A DNA stretch of 64,000 nt from Octopus vulgaris (Eukaryota), in the NCBI GenBank assembly GCA_951406725.2, contig OX597828.1:14880001-14944000 (forward strand). The letters are read 5' to 3'. Positions within the stretch are counted from its first letter, which is position 1, and the number at the start of each line of letters is the position of its first letter. Made by a program: the position numbers and the translations under genes. A model generated the notes under the pieces. That model was not told where the DNA came from and did not search any database. It saw only the letters and a list, made by a program, of their open reading frames with translations. Below, piece by piece: positions 52,737-64,000 of the stretch.

Positions 52737-54722
52737 TGATAAAACATAGTTCTGTTCTCTGAACAGCAGACTGTGATGCTAATATCATTGCAACAGCAGG
52801 ACTGTGGTAGAGCCTATCTTTTCTATCTTGACCTTATAAAGGGTTCCAAAATGAAAGATGGTGCCCTTAGCCTTTGGGGATTTACATCAAAGTGCAAGGA
52901 TATAGAGACACTGTATGAGATTGATGCAAGTTAGTGCAGACAATGGATAGAAGTCAAGCAAGGAGATATGACAAAAAAGAAGGGAAAAGTCATGAAATAG
53001 ACATATAAATGTGTGTGTGTGTGTATCTCTTATTTACTTATTTCAGTCATTGAACTGTGGCCATGCTGGGGCACCACCTTGAAAGCTTTAGTATTTTATT
53101 ATTTAGTTCCAGTACTTATTTTAAAAAGTAAGTACTAGTACTTATTCTATAACAGCCGCTTTTGCTGAACCACGAAGTCACAGGGATATAAACAAACTGT
53201 CAAGCAGTGAGGTGGGGGTGACAAAGGCAGACACATGCAACAGGCTTCCACACAGTTTTTATCTACCAAATCCACTCACAAGCATTGGTTGGCCCAGGGT
53301 TATAGTAATAGACACTTGCCCAAGGTGCTGCTGTGCTGTGGGTCCAAACCTGAAATCACATGATTGCAAAGGGAGCTTCATATATTTGTTTTTTATTAGT
53401 CTAACTCAGTGCAGTAAGACCATGATGGAGCACTGTTTCAAATATATATTAGATCAATCTCCCATTTTATCAACATTTGAAGGATGACAGAGTGGCTGTG
53501 CATGCATGTACACACACACACACATGTACATGCACTCACACACAGGAGCCTGATGGCTTATTTTTTCATCCTTGGTTGGAACTGCTTTGTATATCATATT
53601 TTACTTGTTTCAGTCAGTTAGACTGTGGCTATGCTGGTTTACCACCTTGAACTTTTAGTGAAAGGAATTGACCCCAAGACTTGTCCTGTCTTGCTGAAAC
53701 ACTAAGTTATGGGGACATAAACACAGCAACACTGGTCATCAAGCAGTGATATGGGTCAAACAAAGACACACACACACACACACAAACGAGGGTTTCTTTC
53801 AATTTCCACCTTCCAAATTCACTCACAAGCCTTTGGTTGGCCTGAGGCTTTAATAGAAGATGCTTTCCCTAGGTGCCATGCTGTGGGACTGGACTCAGAA
53901 CTATGTGGTTGGGAAGAAGCAAGCTTCTTACCACACAGCTATGCCTGTGCCTGTGTATATTCCTGGAAAATCAAGAATAAATGCAACTATAAATTCCCAC
54001 CCATCTCCTCCTAGGCATCTGAGATTTCATCATTACTCATATATATGCATGTTTGTGTGTGTGTGTGTGTGTGCCTATGTGCCTGTATGTACATGTGATT
54101 TATATTTAGATTTATTTAGCTGGTAAATAATGTGAGATGTGGCAAAAATGTGTTTTCCATGAATTTTTAATTATGGTTTATTTTCGTTTTCTTTCCATTT
54201 CCTGTGTGTTGAACAGGGGTCTGTTGATTTATAGGTGAGTTAGTGTTACAATGTTTAAATCGTGAAGCATTAGAAAACTAAATAGAATCAAATAGGCAGT
54301 GAAGAAAAAAAGATCAGTATTTGTGAGTGGCTAACATTTTTATTTTCCCCTCTAGCAAGCAGGAGAAGCTATTTTGAGCATGTTTTGGACTTATTCTGAC
54401 CCCACCAACAAAGCAAAAACCTTTGCCATATTATTTAGTGTTATAGTGAAAGACTCTATAAGTTTGTGTACAGGATTGTATATTTTTTGTTGTGAGAAAA
54501 TAAAATTGCCTAGGAAGTAAATAATTCAAGGTAAGAAGATTGCTTCCCAACCACATGGTTCAGGGTTCAGTCCCACTGCGCGACACCTTGGGTATGTGTC
54601 TTCTATAGCCTTGGGTCAACCAAAGCCTTGTGAGTGAATTTGGTTGACAGAAACTGAAAGATGCCCATTGTGTGTGAGTGTGTGAGTGTGTGTATGTGTG
54701 TCTGTCTGTCTGAATGTATAAT

Positions 54723-55234
54723 GATGATGGCTGCCCCTTCGTTATCGATTATGGCCATTGCATGAAGTTTAACTGTTATTGGTGCTGTGATCGAATGTGA
54801 CTTTTTAGCCCAGCTAAAGATCTACAATGTCTTGTACAGAATTGGCAGCTAAAACCTTTACTTGTAATAGCCGGCTGTAGTTGTAACTGGGCATCATGTA
54901 CCTTTGCATGTCGTTTAAGTCCTGCCGAATTGCACTCTCTTCCACATGCCTGACAGATATGATTAGTATGGTGTGTAACACCACCACCAGTGGCCAGGTT
55001 GTCACTCATCTGTCTCGCTTTATGACTACAAAGATGACTCTTGAGTCCAGCTTTACTGAGGCAGGGTCTTGCACAGACACTGCATGTGAGCATCATAGGA
55101 AGCCCCTTCCCATCTGGAAGTGTAACAGCAATGCCCTTCCTTATATCCCTCCTTACTTTCTCATGCGCAACTCGAGATTTCTCAAAAGTAGCTGTCCCCA
55201 CGTGCACAATCCTGCTACGATCAGTAGCTATGCC
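54723..55234 (-). mobile_element. 5'-truncated RTE-type LINE 3' end encoding three C2H2-like fingers, nested in a SINE
   Basis: ATDRSRIVHVGTATFEKSRVAHEKVRRDIRKG is an RTE C-terminal signature. It is followed by CSVC..HLCSH, CQAC..HAKVH and CQFC..HIRSQH, a stop and a (CAT)n tail. 8-bp TSD TGTATAAT at 54715-54722 and 55235-55242. Confidence 0.8.
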
Positions 55235-55260
55235 TGTATAATACATACATACATACACAT

Positions 55261-55295
<35 letters not shown>

Positions 55296-56436
55296 GTGTT
55301 TGTCCCCCACCATTGCTTGACAACTGGTTTTGGTAGGTTTACATCCCTGTAACTTAGCAGTGCAACAAAAGTGACCATTAGCATAAGTACCAGCCTTTAA
55401 AGACAAAAAAGTCCTGCAATCAATTCATTTGAGTAAAACCTTTCAAAACAGTGCCCCAGCATGGCCACAATCAAATGACTGAAACAAGTAAAAGAATTTT
55501 AAAAAAAAGATAGAAGAAATAGTTAAGGCATATTTAAAGCTTGAAGTGTTAAAAAGTTTACCAGAATTAAATATGCAGTGAGGAAATGCAGCATTAGTGT
55601 CAATGATTTGTGAATGTTTTGCTTGTGCAAATATCTCACAGCTTTGGTAGTTTAGATTTATTGAAATGAGAAGGTTGGTTTAATTTAGTTTAGTTTGGTT
55701 TAGCATAGCATTCGTTATTTCCTGCCATTAATTAACATTCTGCTCACAACCATTTTATCTTTATTGTGAGCCAGGCTCTCCTAAATTTTAGACATTTATA
55801 AACATGTGACTGCCATTTTAAACATAACTATAATTGAGTTTGTTGAAGGAGGAGATATATTGATTATGTTGAAAGACTTGTATAGAAACCCACTTATCTG
55901 ACTTGAAAATATTCCATTCCCTCTGTGGGTGTTCTCTACATCAGTTATCCAGGTATCTTCTTCCAAATGATAAGTTTATCATACATTTTTTTCTCTCCCC
56001 CTGTCTAGCCATTATCTTGTATATCTATATCTTTGGATATTAAGCTTTGTGTGTGTGTGTGTCTGTCTGTCTGTGTGTAACCCTAAATCATATCTCCAAA
56101 ACTTTTCTTGATATGAAGGCACCTCTCTCACTCAGTCAGCTGTCATGTCATCTAAGTTGTTCCATTTTTGGCTGCACACTAAAAATATATTCTTTATCTA
56201 ATGAACTTTATGATAGCAACGAAAGACTGTTATACCAATAATATTCCTGTCTTCAATTATTACACTTTCAACCAGCCTAGCATCAAAACAAATTCAACTT
56301 TTATTACCAGACAAAATTCCTTCCTATTTATATTTTAAAATACAAAAAATTGTTTTTCAAAACTTTTTTCTTTGTATTGCTTTCTTTTTCCTTGTAATTG
56401 GATGCCTGTAAACATTGGGTATTTGTGAGTCTCTCA

Positions 56437-56700
56437 CCATTATCTTAAATCTGTTTCCTATGTAGGCATGGGTTGGACAGGTTTTTTGGGTTTTTTTTCA
56501 GCAGTGTCATTCTTCATGGATTTGTCTCGTCTCATTTCCATTTTGAGATTCATCCTCCTGAGATCAACCTTCACCACTTCTTACCACATCTTCTTTGGTC
56601 TTCTTCTACAGGATCTTTCATCTTCGATTGTTTGGCACACCTTTCCCCAATTGTTATCCTTCATGTACAACATACATCCATACCAACACAACATTGTACA
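56437..56700 (-). mobile_element. Decayed RTE LINE 3' end
   Basis: Minus translation LCWYGCMLYMKDNNWGKVCQTIEDERSCRRRPKKMW*EVVKVDLRRMNL resembles the RTE LRWYGHV..RGRPRKTW motif. The 3' UTR contains gtccaacccatgcc. Confidence 0.75.
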
Positions 56701-56908
56701 CTATGACTGAGTCCTCTGAAGTCCTGTTTTTTGTTTCCCTTCATCTCAAATATTTTTTTTAATTGAAAGTGGTTACTCACATGGATAAGCATATTCTTTG
56801 CAAAGAAAAAGAAAATTTGCGCGCAAGCAATCACAGCAAAAACCTAGAGAGAACATTGCATAAGCTGTTCCCATTATGAACATTATTGTTATTATTATCA
56901 TTATTATT

Positions 56909-57362
56909 GAGTGAGAGAGCAGTGCATGCCATCAACGTGACTCTGGGGTACAAATATATGAAGCCCAATATACCCATCATGAGAACTCGTCTGATAAGGG
57001 TACACCAAGCATGTGTATCACAACCATATGTGTGTGACATGGTGATTTCATATCAAAATAAACAGCACATGACCTTGGAGGTGGGGCCCAGTTAGAATTT
57101 CCTTCAGCTTGAGTAGCCCATCCTGCTCAAAAGGTCCCTGAATAAGGGTTTAAGGATGTTAAATGAAACGTCCATGTTTCCAGAGGTAAATTATTCAAAC
57201 TCCAAAGAGTTCCTCTCAGCACATGGCAATTACTATTACTGCTATTGATTAGAGATGCACATATCATCAGCCACCAAGGGACATGCTCAACTGGTTACGG
57301 TCAAACAACTGATAAGCAAATCTATGGTATTGAGCAGAACATTTACTGTAGCCCATCTTTTA
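56909..57362. mobile_element. Second, truncated copy of the (ATT)n-associated repeat
   Basis: Colinear with 39793-40240. Confidence 0.75.
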
Positions 57363-57793
57363 TCATTAGTAGCATCAGCTCATCTATGCTTCATCATTCA
57401 TACATGTTTACATTACATGTCCATCGGAGCCCACTCGTCTCACTTCTTTCCAGCCTGCCATCATCCTCCACTTTCAGTCCCCAGATCCCACTACCATGCA
57501 ATATTACATTTTGTATGCAAACATCATATTTATCCCTTCACTTAAAGAAGGAATCCTTTTATTACCAACAGAGGTAGTTGTTCTCTGAACTTTTTTCCAC
57601 TCTTACTCTAACTACTAACCCTTTGTGAAACCCACCTAGATAATTAGATCACCTGTGTAACAGAAGCTCTGTGTGTGTGTGTATGTGTGTGAATATGTAT
57701 ACAGTCATATGCATATGTTTAATAAACATATTTAAGTCTTGCTGTGCAAATAGGTATCCCGTGGTTAAATAAAACATTTTATATCATATCATA

Positions 57794-58188
57794 TCTTTAT
57801 ATATAAAAGTGAGGTTGTGTGCTGTCTGTCTCCTACGATTTAGATTCCTAACTACTCCCACATTTTGCGGTGCAGTTTAACCAAAACGGGTATCTTATAG
57901 TCGTGATTCATATCGAGCCCTTCTGGGTATTAGCGCGCGTCTACGATGAGTCTACGATTTAAAAAAAAATTTACCATCAATTTTTCCCATTTTTAATGCA
58001 TTTTTGGCATATATAAGGGAAGTAACTCTCTAAAAATTTATTATTAAATCTCAGAATGTAAAAAGCTACAGTAACACTCCCCCTTTGTGGTTAGCCATAT
58101 TGAGATGGCTATTATACTTTACATCTCTAAAAATGCTTATATAGTTATTTCCCTTACAAACCCGAGCAACGCCGGGCGATACTGCTAG
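57794..58188 (+). mobile_element. Young non-autonomous Helitron
   Basis: A|TCTTTATATATAAAAG 5' end, subterminal hairpin CCCGAGC-AAC-GCCGGG (58161-58176), CTAG|T 3' end, no TSD, CpGs intact. Confidence 0.88.
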
Positions 58189-58899
58189 TAATTTATATAA
58201 CATTCACATCTATAAACAGTGGAAAGTTTCAGTTGAATGTGGGTTATGGTCTGATGTACTACTTTAATAGTGAAAGCACATAGAATTTGTATACAATTTA
58301 CATTGCAATGATCCCATTGACTTTATTACCATATATATATGGGTCAACAAAATAAGTACCAGTTGAGCACTGAGGTTAACGTAATAGATTTGCACCGTCC
58401 CCTGAAATTGCTGGCCTTGTGCCAAAGTATGAAACCACTATTACGCTCTTGATAAAATTCAGTATTCAGTAGTTGTTGGTTGACCCTGGGTCAATCCTGA
58501 TCAAGGTGACCTGAAATCAATGTATCAGTGTTACCTCTAAGCTGTGTGCTTGTATATGCACATGTTCTACAACTAGTGTATAAAGCATAAAGTGTGCATG
58601 CACAAGGTTTTCAAGTTGAAATTATTTTTTTAAATTGATCGTGGTTACTTGCATGGATGCACATATACTTTGCATAGGAGAAAATTTGCACATATAGCAA
58701 AAACCTAAGGAGAACACTGCTTATTTTCATCAAAAGTATTCCAGTTATGAACATTTATTTTTATTATTATTATTATTGTTGTTATTTTTTCCTTCTTTCT
58801 TCTAATTTTCTTCCGTTTCTCACTGAGTGTTTTATTTACACATACTGCAGAGAAGCTCATTGTATGCATTCCCAGATTACACACTCAAATTCACAGATA

Positions 58900-58925
58900 A
58901 ATTATTATTATTATTATTATTATTA

Positions 58926-58962
<37 letters not shown>

Positions 58963-59011
58963 CGTTATTATTGTTGTTGTTGTTGTTATTATTATTATTA
59001 TTGTTATTATT
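58900..59011. repeat. (ATT)/(GTT)n microsatellite
   Basis: Direct inspection. Source of the poly-L, poly-Y and poly-N ORFs. Confidence 0.95.
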
Positions 59012-61228
59012 AAAACAGCAAGCTGGCATAATCGTTAGTAGACCAGACAAAATGCTGATAAGCAGTTTGTTCATCTTTATGTTCTGAGTTCAAATGTTGC
59101 CATGGCTGAATTTGCCTTTCGTCCTTTTAGGGTCAGTGAAGTAAGTACCAGTCAAGCGCTGGGGTGAATGTCATTGGCTAACCCCCTCCCTTAAAAAATT
59201 TCGGGCCTTGTACCTTTAGTAGAAAAGATTATTGTTGTATATCAGGCACTATATTGTCCAGTGTGTCGTTCCTTGTTTAAGTCAATAGGATTTAATTTGA
59301 GGAAAATTTGAGTCCTATTTCATGGAAGTCAAGCAAACATACACAGGTTCCCTCATTTACACATTTGGAGTCCAACTGTTATTGTTGTCAGCCCTGATCA
59401 GAGTTCAGATCAAAGATATTCTAACCATGGCCATCTCTTCTTTTGAGAGATATTTTCCAAGTATGCCCCTTTTTATTTTTTATGAAGTCAGTAGGATGTG
59501 AGTTGAAAGAGGATTCACTGCTTTTTCTTGCAAACTAAGCAACTTTATTTTCTTTGGCTCATCTTAGATGCAATCTTTATTTCCTGTGTTTTTAACTTTA
59601 CAGAAAGGCATGAATGCCACAAGTACTTGTCCTCCCAGCCCACTTTTAACTTTAGTGCTTTCTAAACTTACCCAGAAATTAGTTAAGTAATTAAAATCTA
59701 AACAAAAATATGCATGTGCCTCTGTGTGTGTGTGTGCGCGCGTGGGTGCGTGTGTGTGTGTGAACATTCTCATCGTAAGCTATTCAGATGTTCAGAATTT
59801 AAATTGTAATGCTATGAATATGATGCTATATTTGCATTTGGCTTAATTTATTCTGAAAGAAAACCTGTCTGGCAGGATTATCTGTTAAGCTACCCTCAGT
59901 GGCTTAAATCTATAAATATATTGATCATGACCCTATGTAAATGGAAGAAATGCCATCTAATTGTTTAAAAAGTGCAGGTGGAATTTTTCTATAAGTTATG
60001 CCAAAAGCTTCAAATAGAAATTGGAATCTAGGCTTGGTAAGACAATGATTAATGGTAATCATGAATGTTTCTACCTCAAGGTGAAAGCCAAGCATTATGA
60101 GAGGAAGGAACAAGTTGATTACATCAATCCTAGTACTTGACTGGTACTTTATTTTATCGACCCTGAAAGGATGAAAGGCAAAGTTGACCTTTGTAAGTGG
60201 AATAGATACTGCTAGACATTCTTTCCAGTACTCTATTTGGCTAAACCACCACTCTTAAAACAAGAACAGCAACAACAATAATAATATGTTTCTCATATAG
60301 GCCCAAGGGCCTGAAAATTTTGTGGGAGGCAGCCCTGTGGTACTCAAGTGGGGCTTATTTTATCAACCCCACAAAAATGAAAAGGAAAGTCAACTTTGGT
60401 GGAATTTGAACTCAGAATGTCAAGTACATTGACCTTAGTATTTGTCTGGTACTTTATTTTATTGGCCCTCAAAAGTTTGAAAGGCAAAATAGTAGTTTTG
60501 AGAGAAGTATCTAAAGAATTAGTTTTTAAACATCAAATGGCTATGGGAGGTGTCCACCAGAGTAGAATAGTAACTAAAAGGGTTCATAGATAAAAATGAT
60601 TGCAAACCACTTTGCTAGATAGTTAAACTGCTAGAAATAGCAGCCAAATAATCCCTCAAATCATACTTTACCATTAAGAAACAGAGATCCATATTGGATA
60701 ATATAACTTTCAGTATATAGAAAAGAATGGATGGTCACAGCTGGAATGCATTTCACAATATCTCTGTTCAGTCAGAGCTAACCTAGGGCTAAATAACAAC
60801 ATCCCTACTCTTTATTTATTTATTGTGTGTGTGTTTTGAGTATTGCTTTTTATTATCAATTGATTTGAATCATTTTTACCTTCTTTTACTCACCTCCGTC
60901 TTTAACTGCAGCCATGCTGGGGGCACCATCTCGAAGGCTCTAAAGGGTTTACTGAAATAAATCGATCCCAGTATTTATCTCTTTAAACCTGGTACTTATT
61001 CTGCCAGTGTCTTTTGCTGAACTGCAAAGTTATAGGAACATAAGCAAACCAATGTTGGTTGTCAGATGGTGGTGGGGTACAAACACACACACACACACAC
61101 ATGTGTGTATTATTGTAATATAGACATCATCCTATCTAACTTATTATGTTATCAAAAAATATAGGTGCCCCAGCATGGCCACAGCTCGTGAGCTGAAACT
61201 AGATAAAATAAAATTAAATTTTAAAAAA

Positions 61229-61279
<51 letters not shown>

Positions 61280-64000
61280 ATTTACCATGTGAACTACGCA
61301 GAAAAAAATATGAGAAAGATCATTTTTATTTGTGCAGGGGTTCCTTGAGACATATAATTCATTTTAAGGGTTACGCAAGGGTAAAAAGGTTGAGAAACAC
61401 TGCTTCAAGGTGTTGCCCCAGCATGGCTATAGTTCAGTGGCTGAAACAAATAAAAAAAAAAAAAAGAGAATATGTTCAGCAGCCATTCATTGCATTACAC
61501 ATTCATATGTAATGCTCTTCCAATTATCATGGTATTTAAGGATTCCAGCATCTTTGTGCTCACAGCTTGGATGATAACTTTAATTCAAGACCTCCTCTCA
61601 TCCTTTTCTCCTGAACACATTCAAACACTTTCTGGGCTGTTTCCCAATTTATCAACATATTTTTACTTTCTACCATACATCATCCAACGGGTTAGGCAAA
61701 CTTGTATCTTTCCTCTTAAAAATTCTTCTCATTTCTCTCTTATTTCTCATTGTACTTTTACCATCAGTATTACTTGCTTACTTACTGTGTCTGTCTGTCT
61801 ACTGAGATGTTCTGTAAGCTGTCTAGTTCTAGCTCTTTTTTCAGCTCTAGAATAACTACTTAAGTATTTACTAATTATGTTCGTTAAAGATGCCATTATA
61901 GCATCTTTAACACCTGTACCATAAAAAGCAGCAGTGAAGATTTTGCATCAATTATCTTTAATCTTCTTTGTCTCTCTCTCTCTCTCTCTCTCGCTCTCTA
62001 TAGTCAATCCTTCTTATACTTAATTCTCTTAGAAGAGTCATTGTGAGGTGTCTTCTCTCAACATTAGAATCATTCTAAAACTTTTCTGTTCACCTAGTTC
62101 TTATCATCCATCATCTTAGACTGTGTAAATAAATGTAAGTAGTTAATGATCATTGAATGATTTATAACTTGAGTAAGTGGGTCATTCTCTTAAGGTGACC
62201 CAGTGCCTGTACTTTTATTGTTAAACTTCTGACTACAAGAGGAAGACTGATGCTTATTAATGCTACAACTATCACTATATGCATATTTTTAAAGTCCAAT
62301 ACGTGCCTATAATGCTAACATTTGGATTAAAACTAATGTTTTTTCACAAATCACTATGATTTATGATACAGCATGTTGATCATTCTAATAGTTATATTGC
62401 ATTGAAATAATTTGTACTTTATACTTTCAAAATACAAAACCTTCATAATTTCATAGTTTTTACTTACAGTGTCTTTTATCTCTAACATTTCTTTTTTATA
62501 AATCATTAAATCACTGATGAGTGTTGTTGTTATTGCTTAGTCCCTAGTCAACCTGTCTTTTTCGTTTTTTCTTGAAATGTGTATTAAAAATTTCATACAG
62601 CATTTCTTTTTCAAGACATGAAGACATGATTTGAGGGAGATTTGACTGTTATTTCTTGTAGAATGAGCAACTGCTTGTGATTTTATCATTAGCTTGTAGA
62701 AGGTTCCTCATTAAGATGATTTCATTAAAAGAAATTACTTCTCTAATTTTTAAAGTCTATTACTGATAAAATCACTTCTTTTGCAAAACATTGAATTAAA
62801 TATTCTTTGAGCCAAAAAGGAACCATTATAGAGTGCTAAACCTACTAGAATTAGCAGCTAAATTTCCTTCAAATCACAATCTACTGTTTTAAAAGGGGAA
62901 GGTATCCTTCCCCCACTTTTTTTTTTTTTCCTTTTTTGCATGTGCATATGTATGCATGTATTTGTGTCTTTGTCCATGTGTATGACTCTGCATGTGTTTT
63001 CAGACATGATGTGTGACAGACAATATGATCATAGCTAGAATGTTTTTGACCATAAGCCTGCTTAATCTGGGCTAACACACATACACTCATACACAAACTC
63101 TCTCTCTCTCTCACACACACACGTGCATGTATAGACAATGAGCTTCCATGCCTTTCTTATTTCTTTATTGCCCACAAGGGGCTAAACATAGAGGGGATAA
63201 ACAAGGACAGACAAAGGGATTAAGTCGATGAGATCAACCCCAGTGTGTAACCGGTACTTAATTTATTGACTCCGAAAGGATGAAAGGCAAAGTCAACCAC
63301 AGCGGAATTTGAACTCCTAACGAAATACCGCTAAGCATTTCGCCCGGTGTGCTAATGATTCTGCCAACTGACCGCCTTTCTGCCTTTTATGCCTTTCTGT
63401 CTACCAAAATGTACTATAAGGTCTAAGTCAAACTAAGTCTATATAGAAAACATTTGCCCAAGATGTGATGATGTGCTTCAGAGCAAACTTGTTAACCATA
63501 CAGTTGTAAAGCGAATATGACCAAAATAAATAAGAGACAGAAGAACCAAGTGAAAGAAGTTCTTAGAACTCTTGACTTCTTTGTATTAGTGACAAAAATG
63601 TTTCATGGTTTCTGTGCAGAGGGCAGAGACAGCATGAGGTCAGAGTAAGAAATATGATATTGTAGGTTCTGAGTGCAGAAGAACTGGTGTGATTAGAAAA
63701 TAATATTCACTTTGGTCTTTTGCAAGATCTATTACAATTTATATGAAACTCTTTCTCTCTCTTTCTCTAAGAACATTTAGTTGCTGTTAGCCCCAAGTTA
63801 GTCCTGAATGAAGTAGGCTTACGATCAAAGGCATAGCTATGTGGTTACGACGTTTGCCTCCCATGTTTTTGGATTAAGTCCCACTGTGCAATATCTTGGA
63901 TAAATGTCACCAACAGAAGCCTCGTGAATGGATTTGGTATACGGATATTGAAAGAAGCCCATCATATAATAAGCATTTATGTATGTGTGAGCTTTTGTTT

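Noticed and set aside
55235-55384. N-terminal part of the 202-aa ORF as a real ZNF gene start
   Set aside because: It translates SINE and (TG)n sequence outside the TSD. The finger part is a truncated LINE end.
58747-59087. Poly-Y, poly-L and poly-N ORFs
   Set aside because: Translations of (ATT)n.
39100-64000. Acceptor-like sites (e.g. near 47945, 48413, 54356, 59603) as DENND6 exon 3
   Set aside because: None was seen to translate to the expected NICYLSFPDSN-like sequence.

Overview
AT-rich, repeat-saturated animal genomic DNA. The SINE and microsatellite landscape looks like an octopus (coleoid cephalopod) genome; this is recognised from memory and was not checked by a search. The only confidently identified gene is the 5' part of a DENND6 (FAM116-type DENN-domain Rab GEF) gene on the + strand. 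It has coding exon 1 at 18459-18617, a ~20.4 kb intron and a 39-nt exon 2 at 39061-39099; exon 3 was not found before the window ends. A CpG-retaining zone (~13.8-21.5 kb) surrounds the gene start and probably also drives a divergent minus-strand transcript. The rest is nested mobile DNA: several modular tRNA-derived SINE families, RTE- and CR1/L2-type LINE fragments, non-autonomous Helitrons, pogo/Tc-, hAT- and piggyBac-like MITEs, and microsatellites. The most unusual signals are: (1) one SINE family inserted three times as a TSD-flanked concatemer joined at the same nucleotide of an internal hairpin; (2) small, mostly fold-back elements carrying minimal hammerhead-ribozyme-like motifs; (3) a SINE with a variable array of ~65-nt double-hairpin units; (4) Helitron copies with a CTCG terminus; (5) RTE LINE ends encoding up to three C2H2 fingers; (6) a ~535-bp element abutting (TAA)n tracts. 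Almost all ORFs in the supplied track are spurious repeat or microsatellite translations.
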